Assembly: GCA_951406725.2 (NCBI GenBank) | Contig: OX597816.1 | Location: 41,106,001-41,170,000, forward strand | Direction: 5' to 3' | DNA from: Octopus vulgaris | Lineage: Eukaryota | Length of the DNA: 64,000 nucleotides | Shown: positions 41,640 to 54,734 of the stretch, piece by piece | How positions within the stretch are numbered: position 1 is the first letter of the stretch | How the letters are laid out: each line of letters begins with the position of its first letter | Notes under the pieces: model-generated | What the model was told of the DNA's origin: nothing | The model's input: only the letters and a program-made list of their open reading frames with translations | Databases searched by the model: none | Position numbers and translations under genes: made by a program

Positions 41640-42897
41640 TCAGGTTGTGCTCACATGAAATATCGCTTTTTCTAAAACAAACTTTAAAATTGTTTTTAAG
41701 TTTTAGAATATTTATTTATTTAATCAAGATATAATCCTAGTTCATTTTAGACCATCATCCAATGTTCCTCTAAGGCATATATATATATTCCATCTTCAAA
41801 GAATTTGTCATCTTTTACACTGATAAACTGTTCAAATGCTTCAATTACCTCTTCTTTATTGAAGAATGTTGTATTGCGTATAGCAAACACGAAGTGTTTA
41901 AATGTGTGATAATCAGTAGGAGAGATATAAGGAGAATAAGGAGGGTGTGCCAAAACTTCATAATTCAGGCTTTGCAACTTGTGAACGTAGCGTGAGAAGT
42001 GTGAGGCCGTGCATTATTATCATGAAGCAAAATTGGGCCATCTCTATTTACTAGTCTGGGTTGCTTCTTTTTTAATTTTTCATGGATACATTCAATTTCC
42101 TGATGTTGCTGTTAAAGTTTTTCCTTGTAGTAAAACTGAATAATAAATAACTCCTTTTGTTCACCATCATACAGTGACCATCAGCATTTTAGTATGAGAT
42201 GGTGGTTTTGGATAGTGTTTTGGTGACTCTCCTGCATCTAACCACTGTCCTGTCCTCCTGCTTTTATCAAAGAGTATCCATTTCTCACCAAACATAATGG
42301 GACGATACAAAAATGGTTCTCTTTCCAACCGAGAAATCAACATGGAATACACTGTAAAGCATCTGTTTCTTTGAATCTCATTAAATTGATGGGGAACAAA
42401 CCTATCCATGTTTTTGACTTTTCCAAGTTTCTTAAAGGGTCGAGAAGCAGTTTCGAGAAATGTCTGAGGTACTGATCCAATTTTTCGGACCGTTATTCTC
42501 GGATTTTGTTTAACCAAAGCATTCAATTCATGATGTCGAATAACTGATTTTGGTCTCCCTCTTGGTTCAATTTTAAGGTCTTCATTTCCTGAACGAAATC
42601 TTTGGAACCATCTCTTAACATTTCTAATGTCAACAGAATCGTTAGTAAAAGCCCGTTTGATGTATCGTAGAGCTTCGGTGGCAGAGTGACTAAAGTTGTA
42701 TTCATACAAGAAAATCACTCGGTATGGTTCAGTCGTCACAAGAACTGTGGGTGGCAATTTTGAATAATAGTATTGTCACGAAAGAAAAAGAGTTAAGAGT
42801 AAACACAAGTATATTCATAGAAACTCATTAAAAATCCATTTATAAATAACTCATAAAAAAAAGCCATTTAAAATACATTTCATGTGAGACAACCTAA
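41640..42897 (-). mobile_element. Full-length decayed mariner (DD34D-type)
   Basis: TIRs T(C/T)AGGTTGT(G)CTCACATGAAAT with TA flanks; motifs FVPHQF (WVPHEL-like), FGEKWI, LLHDN-ARPH, HPPYSPYISPTDY; frameshifted. Confidence 0.92.
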
Positions 42898-44060
42898 TAT
42901 TGTAGATGTTCGTGGTTGCAAATACGTGTTTTTGTGTTCAATTTATGCATGCTTGTGTACGTATATGTTTGCATACATATGCATGCTGGTATTTTAGTGT
43001 CTGTGGGTATATTTTGTCATGCTTGAATGCATATGCGTGAGTGTTAGCTTATGCATGTATACCTATGAGTGTGTATTTATAGACACGTAAACCTATGTAT
43101 GTGTATTTATTTGTATATGCGCATTTGTGTATTCGATGTTTTATATTCAAATCAGTTTTTCTTATTTTTATTTCTAAATTTTCGTCTTTAATTTTTGCTT
43201 GTGCCATGCATTGCAATTTTGGTTTGTTTACTTGCCTGGAGACACAAGACACGTTATAAAAATCTGCCTAACAGTTTTCTTAATGGCAAGAAGCAATTAC
43301 TAGTACAATGTACATTAAATCTACGCTCGCGCACACACACTCACACACACACACACAAGACATCTATAGACTTTGATTTGTGCTTGATTTTGCATATGAT
43401 TGTTATTTTACGGTATGAAATATTGCATCAAATATATAACAGACGTACAGTCGTCAACGCTAACGCTAATACCATAGCAAATATCAGATGGCTCACCAAA
43501 TTTTAATATTTCTAATAAACAGTACCCTGCTGTGACTAAAGTGATAAGGTATTCCAAGAATAATTTATATTCAGCACCATTAGAAATGTAACGAAAAATG
43601 TACTTCTAAACTAAATGAAATATATTGCATTCAATAATAATACTTCTGTACATGAAGTGAATAATCATGTAGCTAAATGAATATATCTCAATCAACACAA
43701 GAGTTGTATTATATATTTTCCTTTGTCCCCAATTAGTCTATGTTGAAATTAACATTTAATATATACAGTTACACATACAGCATACTTTTTTATCTTGTTT
43801 ACTAAATTTATAGATTAAGAAATCTTTCAAAGATAGGGGATGGATCTATAATATAAACATTTAAGGTAATTCATAATAGGTGTGATAATACTAAAAGAAC
43901 AGCAGCACTTGAAATACATTCGAAATCGTATCAGTAAAAGGTTGTGCATATAGTCATTATGTTGGCGTTTTTCAGGATTTAATATTCGTTTATGAAATAC
44001 CATTTGCTGACTGCTTTACTCTCCTAGTGATGATAGTAAGACTGATATTTTATCAATAAA

Positions 44061-44676
44061 CTAGCAGTATTGCCCGGCTCAACGGGGATTTCAGGGGAGA
44101 GTTTCAGGGAGTCGCTGGCGATGTATCGTGATGATCAAAAATCCGGCCTGCTAAAATTTGGTTAAAGTGATTCAAACTGCAGACTCAACGCAAAATGGTC
44201 ACATTTAATTCAAAGCGTTAAAAATGTTATGAAAACAATTGGTATGTGTTCACAAAGTCCAAACGATTAATATGAAAAAACCCTCTGGGCTACATCCTGA
44301 AAATTCATTTCTTTGCCGAATTTCTACAATGTTTACGGCGATTCGTTTTTATATCTTGATTTTTTATTTTTCGTGCAATTTACGCATGCTTGCACGCGTG
44401 GTGAACACAGTTCACGTCAAGCAGCTGACTGAGTAAAGTTCACTATTCAATGCCTGGGATAAGGCCTAAACAAACACATTATCGATTTTTAACACTTGCG
44501 AGATGAATTTCGGAACAGAAATAGCGCAGTTCAATTTTCATTCGCCTAAACTTTAAGTGACCCATTATTGGTGGTTCTACGATTTGTTGGCTTGGAGGTG
44601 ATGTGTCGGGAAGTTAAACACACATACACACACACAGATACACAGACACACAAGTTGAGTTTTATATATATATAGA
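44061..44676 (-). mobile_element. Non-autonomous Helitron
   Basis: Minus strand starts TCTATATATATATAAAACTC and ends with a GC hairpin (~44073-44087) then CTAG, between A and T. Confidence 0.7.
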
Positions 44677-44695
44677 TATAATGCTACTTTTCACA

Positions 44696-44913
44696 CAGGC
44701 GGTGAGCTGGCAGAACCGTCAGCACGCCAGTCGAAATGCGTAGCCGTTACGTTCTAGGTTCAAATTCCGCCGAGGTCGACTTTACCTTCCATCGTTTCGG
44801 GGTCGATAAGTTAAGTACCAGTTACGCATTGGGATCGGTGTAATCGACTTAATTTGGTTGTCTGTCCTTGTTTGTGTTCTGTGTTTAGCCCCTTGTGGGT
44901 AATAAAGAAACAC
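44696..44913 (+). mobile_element. SINE family A with 20-bp TSD
   Basis: TSD ATATAATGCTACTTTTCACA at 44676-44695 and 44914-44933. Confidence 0.92.
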
Positions 44914-46184
44914 ATATAATGCTACTTTTCACATTTTAGTCAGCGAGTAAGACAGGAAATGAGACTTCAAAGGCCGCAGTGGGAGGAAGGCGTCCTCTAA
45001 CCGAAGGTGTGAAAGGGAATGGTGTAATAGATCGAACTTCAGCAAAGGGTTCAAGACGGTGCTTTTGACAGGTTAAGGGTCGTGGAAGATTGTAAACTCC
45101 GAATGGAAAGAGCCGTAACAAATAACAAGATGTAACCGGCTCGACGTTCTTGCGGTTGTACCAATTTACCGCCCGGGATTGATCCTTATATTATGAGACA
45201 CTACATTGGCCGTAGGAGTATTTGCATTCAGAATGCAGTTCTTTGGAACAAATATACCGCAGCTGTTCTCTCTGACGTTCTAAGGACTTTGATAATTAAC
45301 TGTTTATATGTATAGAAGGAATTTGACAGATAATGTACAATAATCTCTTGGCAACGTGTTCGATTCTTATCGACATTACATCTAAGTCTAAATCATACAT
45401 GGCAAACTGCACTGACACAACAATATGCAGTAATTCTGTGGCATTGAAAAGGCTGTTTGAAAAGTGTATGGAATATAGCCTGCGTATAAAGCATATCATC
45501 TGATTTTTTTCTAGTAGATTTACTATTTGACAGTCAAAACATCAGTTATATAAAGAAAAAATAAATCAAAGAAATCAGAGCTCAGTAACCAAATATATTT
45601 TATCAAATGCTATGTTCAAAACAGCTCACATTCAGAAGGAACCAAGAATGGTAGCCGTATACTTTCTTTATCGAATTTGTTTGAAAATATTACAAAAATT
45701 GAGTAAAAGATTAAGGAACATATGTAAATATTTACGTTAGCAAATATAAATCATTGAAAATAACAATCATTTTATAAAAAGACACCCAAATATACATTCA
45801 CCTCATACACTGTTGTATTGTGGTGAAATATTTTAATTGTTTACATTGGAAATACATTGTAATGGTATGAAATTATAGCACAGTGCCAGTAATTTTGAGT
45901 GGAAGAGATAGTCTGTTACTTCAATAAAAGTGTTCAAATGACACTTAATTTACCATTACAAAAAAAAAATTAAATAAATTAAAGCAAATTTAACTTCAGT
46001 TGAACTTGAACTTAGAAAGCAAGAAATACCACTAGGGATTTTGTAAATCCGGATATGATATATATTAGCTTTAAAAATATGATAATAGGGTTTACAAGTC
46101 TAATTGTCTGCATGAAAAATTCTTCGTATATAAATTTGAATTCTTGTAATTGATTTATATTTCGCTCCAAAACAAAGCATCTTA

Positions 46185-46588
46185 GGATCTTTTCGGTTTG
46201 AACTGCAGTTTTTTCCTAGCGGTGTCATATGAAATTGTCACCCATAATGATGATCCTAGAATCGATCTATTGCATTTCAATGTCTTTTAGGGTTAGGGTT
46301 AGGGTTAGGCGTGGGGGAAGGGTATCTTTTTTCTTAACAAATGTAAATAAACCCAATCTGATTCTTAAACGAGGGACATATTCATACGGCACAGAAAGCT
46401 TTTTAACTCAATAGACGTCACTGATTGGTTGAGATTGCAGAAATTGAAGAACAAAAAACAACAATATCTTACAAACTATAGAATTTTCTCAATAAAGCCA
46501 AGAGAAAAAGCTGTTTTATAAACACATTGTACCAGTATTATTTACCTAGAAATTATGTTAAAAACTGCCGTTCAAACCGAAAAGATCC
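46185..46588 (+). mobile_element. Merlin-like MITE carrying TTAGGG repeats
   Basis: TIR GGATCTTTTCGGTTTGAAC.GCAGTTTT; 8-bp TSD GCATCTTA; TTAGGG run at 46287-46310. Confidence 0.85.
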
Positions 46589-47139
46589 GCATCTTATCCT
46601 ACGCACTCACTTACATAGGCGCGCACACACACACATTTCTTTCTATTTCTTTCTCCTTAAATCTCTATATATGTTGTTGGAGAGAAATAGTCAAACAGTC
46701 AACGATAAATTCGTTGAGAGTTAAACATGTATCTACACCCAGAGAAAACATCATAGCAATTTTACTGCTCAGGCCTCATATTTAATATAGACAAAATGAC
46801 ATAATGTCATTCATACAATTCTACTTACTCCAACATAAATACTTAGTAAACTTTCATTAGGTGTCACTATTTTATATATGTACACTAATGTCTACACTTG
46901 CGGGAGGTTTTCTAGTTTATGGCCGGTCTATCAAAATAGTGATTGTTAACAATTTCATTAGTTACTATAAAAGGTATTGCTGATACAATGTATCTTATAA
47001 TTTCATTATGGCAAATTTGAATTATGGTCTAAGAATGAAAAGAGAATCTACTTTCATGTTGAAATAGAGCATTTACGATCGCATCTGTAGACATACAAAA
47101 CCCATTACATATTATATAAAAATATGCATATAGAAATGC

Positions 47140-47163
47140 GCATATATGGATATACCAATATAT

Positions 47164-47240
<77 letters not shown>

Positions 47241-47457
47241 TATATACCTTATAGATGCATATACATACACTTTTATATATATATATATATATGTGTGTGA
47301 GTTTGTGCATATATATGTATACATATAATCGTACACGCTAGCACATACATATATGTATGCATAAGATATCTATATATGCACATGTATATGCATATATATA
47401 TATGCATGTGTGTGTACAAGTATATATATGTGTATATGCGCGCGCGCATGTCTGTAA

Positions 47458-47490
<33 letters not shown>

Positions 47491-47539
47491 TATATATGTA
47501 TATATATATATGTATATATATATGCACATATACTTAGAA

Positions 47540-47591
<52 letters not shown>

Positions 47592-47790
47592 GTGTACATG
47601 CATGCACATATACATATACGTATATATATATGCATATATAAATAACACATTATGTACATTAGTATATACATACATATATATGTAGATATTTCATTTATAT
47701 ACGTATATATATGCATTGATATGTATGCATATGTATATGTGTGTGTTCATGTGCGTGTGCACATGTGAGCGTGTGTATATGTATGCATAA
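47140..47790. repeat. (TA)-rich compound microsatellite field
   Basis: Directly visible. Confidence 0.92.
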
Positions 47791-48169
47791 AATAAAGAGG
47801 AATTTTACTGTATAAATGGATGACGTACAGCTCAATTTATTCTGATAAAATGCATCATTGGGTGTTAATAATTGAGTTATGTACAAACTACAAACTTCTG
47901 AAACTAAACACTTCTGTTACATTTCCGTAAATTAGATTCTACTAATTTTCTCTATATAATTGCATTTAAGTCACTAAAATTGTATGAAGATTAGTTAGTA
48001 GCTTTCAGAAAATTTTGAACACTGTAGGCAATTATCAATACTAAAATATAAATACACACAGTTACCTTAAGTATAAAATACTCAGATTTGTGTCTCGAGG
48101 ACGGAAGGGAATACAAGGACAAAAGTGATTTTCTTTGTGTATTTTTTTCGCCTAGTATCAAGCACAATC

Positions 48170-48436
48170 GTTTCTACTAGAGGCACAAGTCTTAAAGTTT
48201 TGGGGTAGGAGGCAGTCAATTAGATCAACCTCATTACACAACTGGTACTCAATTTATCGACCCCGAAAGGATGAAAGGCAAAGTCGACCTCGGCGCAATT
48301 TGAACTCAGAACGTAAAGACAGACGAAATGTCGCTAAGCATGCTAACGTTTCTTATTTCTTTATTGGCCACAAGGGGCTAAACAAAGAGGTGACAAACAA
48401 GGACAGACAATGGGATTACGTCAATTACATCGAACT
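48170..48436 (-). mobile_element. SINE family A pieces
   Basis: ATCGACCCCGAAAGGATGAAAGGCAAAGTCGACCTCGG and a second tail piece. Confidence 0.8.
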
Positions 48437-48710
48437 TTCACCTTCAAATAGATTTCTCGATTCTTGACTCAATTTCTTTAGTTAGATCTTCAAAAGTTAC
48501 AAAAGTATCTCTAGTGTACTCACAAGCATTTTCCTGAAATTACCTTAGGCTGAAAATTATATTCACTGTACATCTTCCAGCCCGAAAGCCACACTGGGAT
48601 TCAAGCAACACTAAGCTGGCAAGGGCATCATTTAGTCTGTTTAAGATTACCCTTCCAAGGACTTTCCCCGCTACACACAAAAAGGGGGATACATCTATGT
48701 GTATCACATT
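48437..48710 (-). mobile_element. RTE-like LINE RT fragment
   Basis: LCVAGKVLGRVILNRL..LLESQCGFRAGRCTVNIIFSLR. Confidence 0.85.
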
Positions 48711-50129
48711 GACATTTGTTGCTTTTGTGGTTCTAAAGATGGACACGAGAAGTTTATTTAAAATTCTGTGAGACTGATCCTGATTGCGAGTTTAAGGAGG
48801 AGAGTTACACACACACATACATACACACACACGCACGTACACACACAAGCAGACACACACAGACATACAGTCACACGCACGCACGCACACACACACATAT
48901 GATTACTTAACAAGAATATGCCTGCAGAATTATTCTGAATTTATTAGCAAAAGCATCGAAATGTTATTCAAATACATATTTTTATTTCAGTAAATGCAGT
49001 CTGTCAAATGCCCCATGCATTCGTCTGTTAAATTATATTATTCAGCGTACGTAATGTATAAGCAATTTTATCAAAGTCATATGCACAAAACAGAAATACG
49101 AACTCTAGCTTATATTGCCAAGATAGTATAGGTGATGCTTAAATGTGCTAAAGTTCCTTTCTGTTTATATGATCATCCTTCAGGACATGTCAAATTCCTT
49201 ATATAAAGAAATTTAACATATTGTAAGACATTCCTCTTGTCACAGTGCCAGAAATATGTGTAAGTATTCATGGATTCCAGGCTAGTGTTCAAAACTGCCA
49301 AATTCTATAATAGAAAAATATAATTCGATGACGTGTAGTGATGGCAACTTCTCATTTATGCAGATAGGGTGTGTTCTATAACATACAAAACTATTTATAT
49401 TCAGATTTAAGAGAAACCATTCTATATTTTAGAGTGAGAAATTCACTTCTTATCATTTACTGGTAGTTTGACTTTTTACAAATACAACGGTTCCGATATA
49501 CATACAATTGAGAAAACCGTGATAAATAAAAATGCTTATCTTGCTTATGAAAGAAATGATACGAAATATAGAGCGCACTGCTAAATGACTTATACACTGA
49601 GTTGTAAAAGAAAGGCCAACGAAAATGTATACATGCGGTTAATAGACAAAACTTTCAGATGCGTTTCAGATTTAAAGAAACGATACAAAAGAAAAAGATA
49701 ATTTTAATGTAGTCACCCGTTTAGAAATAAAATTTAGGCTCTATAGAAAATGCAGATCGGGAATATCAGATTTTAAAAGACAAACTGGGAAAGCAGCGGA
49801 AAGTTTTCTGTAACATTAATCATACTAAATAAAGAATGTTTCGTGTTGTTGCTAAGATTAAGGAACACAAATATATATATCGAGAAAGATATGAAGGGAG
49901 TGTAGTGATCTATGTTATGTATATCTACGTCTTCTAAAATAAGTAAACATTATCTAATGCTATGCAAAGAGGGTAGAGACTAAAATATAAAATGCAATGT
50001 GTTAGAAAACTTTGATCAACTGAAACTATACAGAAGCTGATGGACGATTTACAAATATAGCACCCATATAAGATTCAATTATATTAGTTTTAAATAAGAG
50101 AAGGAATTCGCACCAACAAAACAACCATC

Positions 50130-50589
50130 GGATCTTTTCGATTTGAACGGCAGTTTTTAACATAATTTCTAGGTAACTAAAGAATTTTAAATTTCGTATA
50201 CTGGTAGAATGTGTCTATAAAACAGCTTTTTCTCTTGGCTTTTTTGAGAAAATTCTATAGCGTGTAACATATTAGTTGTTTTTTTCTTTTTCAATTTCTG
50301 CAATTTCAACGAATCAGTGACGTCTATTGAGTTAAAAAGCATTCTGTGCCGTATGAATATGTCCCTCGTTTAAGAAACAGATTGGGTTAATTTACATTTG
50401 TGAAGAAAAAATATACCCTTCCCCCACCCCTAACCCTAACCCTAACCTTAACCCTAACCTTAACTAACCCTAACTAGCCCTAATCCTACAAGAGATTGAA
50501 ATGCAATAGATCGATTCTAGGGTCATAATTATGGGTGACAATTTCATATGACACCGCTAGAAAAACTGCCGTTCAAACCGAAGAGATCC
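50130..50589 (-). mobile_element. Second Merlin-like MITE, opposite orientation
   Basis: Same TIRs; 8-bp TSD CAACCATC (50122-50129, 50590-50597); longer CCCTAA array at ~50428-50489. Confidence 0.85.
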
Positions 50590-50793
50590 CAACCATCATT
50601 TGTATTGTTAGCCTTTTTAATGCCAGTATTAAATTGTTTTTATTATTAATTATAGATTTACACATTGAGTATTATATGACTCAGTGACACCGAAACGCCC
50701 CAGTCTGCATTACACATAAAGTATACAAAATTTTCGTCAACTGATATCATTGGGGTTAGCTCGCATGCCAATGCGAGCTAACATTTCTCGCAT

Positions 50794-51123
50794 AATTTAT
50801 AGAGGCCTCAATAGTGAGAGAGCGTACTGACTATCAACGCTTTTGCTAGAAATAAGAATTAAAAAAAGCAAAAGCCACAAAAGCGCTGTCTTAATGACAC
50901 AGTATGTTGAGCTTAACCCTAAGCGTTAAGATTCGCTGATGAAGATTAAGATGGTTTTCATCAAAATCCTAAATCGTTCTCCGACTATATACGCTGGGGA
51001 CTTACCCCAGTTTGGCAGTTATTAAGACAGTGCTTTTGTGGTTCTTGAGTTTTTTGAACTTTTATTCTTAGCATAAGTGGTGCCATTAAGCACCCTCTGT
51101 CACTTTCGTGACCTGTATAAATT
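50794..51123. mobile_element. MITE with ~105-bp degenerate TIRs (Tc1/mariner-like TA-CAG end)
   Basis: CCACAAAAGCGCTGTCTTAATGAC is mirrored by GTTATTAAGACAGTGCTTTTGTGG; right end GACCTG-TA. Confidence 0.75.
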
Positions 51124-51167
51124 TTCCTTTTAGGCTCTAAATGCTAATAAGACACCCGTTTTAATTT

Positions 51168-51202
<35 letters not shown>

Positions 51203-51204
51203 AA

Positions 51205-51279
<75 letters not shown>

Positions 51280-51282
<3 letters not shown>

Positions 51283-51960
51283 GTGGAGTTAAATGCAGGT
51301 ATTATTCAAATTCTTTTTACTTTCGACACATGTTTCGAAGATATCACTGCTATTATTCCAAAGAAATAAATGGTGCAAATGAATGTAATCTTCTCTTCAG
51401 GGAAATGAAGAAATGAAACTCTTCAGTAAGACATTTTAACAGAGTATGAAAGATATGTATAGTGATTAACTGAACGCTATTAAGTTTGTTTTAAATAGAC
51501 GTTAGAAGATATAGCGTCAAAGGTAGCCTATAGCAAGAGGATGGGTAAAGGAAAGAAAAAAACCCAAATAAATGAGAAGTATATGACGATATGTAAATTA
51601 AGTAAAGCCCTAAAGTCTTGGAAAAGATATATCTAGTGAATGTGAAATGTAAGAGGAAAATTAATGTGTACATTATATATAATGATAGATATCACTTATA
51701 TGAACTTAAGGAGTGTTTCTACCAACGCTTACATCAGTATGCAAGCTCTATAACCTTGTTCACAAGGGGATTTTTAGAAAAAAGAATATAAAATAGTTCA
51801 GAATTACAGAGAAGACAGAATCCTTGCTGTATATAGGTAGTTCATCTTTTCCTAATCATTACTCTACATTTAGGGATAGGAATAAACGTAACAGTACAGG
51901 GCTTAATAAATTAATTTGGTATCTAAAAGACCACAATAAACAATTTAATTAAGATAATAG
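51280..51960 (-). mobile_element. Truncated Naiad-like PLE with 5' inversion and HHR-bearing tail
   Basis: Minus strand 51823->51710 reads GFCLLCNSELFYILFSKNPLVNKVIELAY*CKRW; plus strand 51827-51952 reads LYIGSSSFPNHYSTFRDRNKRNSTGLNKLIWYLKD. Confidence 0.75.
51320..51406 (-). ncRNA. Type I hammerhead ribozyme-like motif with canonical core
   Basis: TTTCC CTGAAGA GAAGAT..ATCTTC GAAA CATGT GTC GAAAG: perfect 6-bp stem II closed by G-C and a GUC triplet. Confidence 0.75.
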
Positions 51961-52944
51961 TCAAACATGGATCTAAAAAATTTCGTTATCATAATTAGCG
52001 AAGTGTATGTACATCTGCACATCTGTTTGAGATGTTTTACCATTTCCTTGATTATTTGTTATCCGTTTTAGTGACTTCTATGTTTGTTATCTGTAACACA
52101 CACACAAACACACACACAGAGATACACAAACACGCATAAGAGAATATTTCATGTATGTTTACGTGTAAATTTATCCATATATATGTTCATCTACATACAT
52201 GCATATATTTATGTGTGTGTGTTTGTGTTTGCTTCTATGTGTGCGCGTGTGAAGTGCTCGTGAGTGTCTCTGTTTACGTATAAAAATATATACTTATACA
52301 AATATATAATTTACTTATACAAATATATATTATTGCAACTGGATATGAAGCCGGTTAATATAACCCGTTGACTGCGAAAACATATGTTCTCTGTTGCAGA
52401 CAATATTGCATATATCAAAGCATAAAATGCTTAATGAATACAGGATTTGCACATATAATTCTTATCTTATGAATCAAATATTCCATTTATTTTCACATTT
52501 CTCTATTCTTTCTAAAGCTACGAAACGGTTACATTTCGGAAACCTATTCCTAGCAACACTTTTGAACAGAAACAGGCTATTCTTTTCTAATCAATAGCGT
52601 AATGCATTTTTAGTATTCTGAAATGCTTACTGATTTAGTGTAACGTGGGACATTTCTGAGCAGCAAATGGTAGTTATATCTTTGAGAAGCATTTAACCTC
52701 TAGGCTATATTCAAACTAAATCCGTAACGACGACGTTTAGGCGTTTTTTATTGACTCATAATTCTTTCTCAATTGCATTGGCCCAGAGAATGCCAGTTAT
52801 GTTCAACACTTAAGAAATAGAATGTGCTTTGAATATGATTACATGTTAATGGTAATTATATGAAGTGAATTGGCGTTTTATGTTGCCAGTGGACTGTATA
52901 GTTTTAGGAGGTATTATGCACCAATAATGTAAATGTGAGCGTTT

Positions 52945-53370
<426 letters not shown>

Positions 53371-53804
53371 ACAGTTCAAGTTGTGTATGTGTGTATAATT
53401 ATCTTACAACGCGTTATGTTTGCGGTTACACACTCATATAAAACACTCATAAATAAACCACTGATATATGAAAGAATTGGTAATTGTTATAGGGCAAGAG
53501 CACTAGAGAATGCTCCGACATAAGATTTATGACTGAGTGCTGGTAAATTATTCCTTGATGATTCCTATTAGGTCATTGTTTACGTAAAATATGTTACAAC
53601 AACTGGAACATTATTTTCGTATATGACTTTCACTGTTCAGAATACTGAATTAACGTTTGCCGTTTATTTTCGGAAATGTTCATGGTTATAATATCATAAT
53701 ATATTACTTATGTCCTACATGTTGTGTGACTGGTCACATGAACCGTATTGACGCACGTTTACATAAACATACAGGGATACATCAACGTTTGTAATTAAAA
53801 GCCT

Positions 53805-53842
<38 letters not shown>

Positions 53843-54733
53843 CGACGAAGACAGGTGGTGTAGACTACAAACAGATGTATTAGTTTAACGCTCGGGAAGT
53901 GAAAAAGTCTTTAACATTTCGAGCCTACGCTCTTCCACAGAAAGGAACACAGAAAGAAACAAGGGGAGAAAATAAAAACGTGTAGTGGCAAGCAATCTGT
54001 CATGGCGAATGCCGGACAGAGGAGTCACACAGGATAGATAGGAATAAGGTGAGATAATACAGTAGTGGTGATCCCAAAACTAAGGTGCGAGTGTGCGTGT
54101 ATAAGAGACCATGTATTTGCGTGTGGTAGAGGGCTGGTGACCTTGACGTGTGCGTGTAAGCATGTATAGGTGTATGGGTGGGTGTGTACGCGTATGCATG
54201 CGTAGGTGTGTGGATGATGGTGTGGGGCTGGGAAGTGGTCAGTGCTAGTGTGTGCGTGGTGGTGGGATCTGATGCGTTGTTGTGTGGTATGGTGGTGTAT
54301 GGTGCGGTGGTGTGGTGTGGTGGTATCTTGTGTGGAGTGGTGGTGTGTGGTGTGGTGGTGTTGGAATATGGGGGAGGTGAGAGTAGGGAAAGCAAGAGCG
54401 AGGTGTTTGATCGGCTGAGGGTGGGGGTAGAGGTGGCGTATGTAGCCGTGGGTGTAAGGGATGGTGTGTGGGTGGGATGGGATAGATAGGGAAGGTGGGG
54501 TTGGATTGTGTAGGGGTGGGGTTACGAGGGAGAGGTGACGATGACGGGAGAGGGGGAAGGGTGAAGGTGGGTAGGAGTGAAGAGATGTGAGAAGGAGAGT
54601 AGGAGTGAAGAGAATTAGGAGTCGGAGCAAGATAGGAGAGGTGGGTGTGAGAGGGAGAGACGAGAGGGAGGAGGGTTAGATGAAGATGGGAGGAGAGTTG
54701 AGCACGTGTGACGCAAAGAGCGAAGAGAGAAAA
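53843..54733 (-). mobile_element. Second 5'-truncated Neptune-like PLE copy
   Basis: Both ends align with 22140-22990 (TCTCTCTTCGCTC..CTCAACTCTCCTCCC..TTCATCTAA and the HHR tail); the middle is a diverged low-complexity tract. Confidence 0.8.
53909..53944 (-). ncRNA. Minimal HHR-like motif with variant core CUGUGGAA
   Basis: CTTT CTGTGGAA GAGC-gtag-GCTC GAAA TG TT AAAG; stem I CTTT/AAAG is perfect. Confidence 0.6.
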
Positions 54734-54734
54734 T

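Noticed and set aside
46287-50489. TTAGGG arrays as a chromosome end or fusion site
   Set aside because: They lie inside MITEs bounded by TIRs and TSDs.
51745-51760. In-frame TGA next to Cys in the Naiad-like fragment as selenocysteine
   Set aside because: It precedes rather than replaces the Cys, and other stops lie nearby; ordinary decay is more likely.
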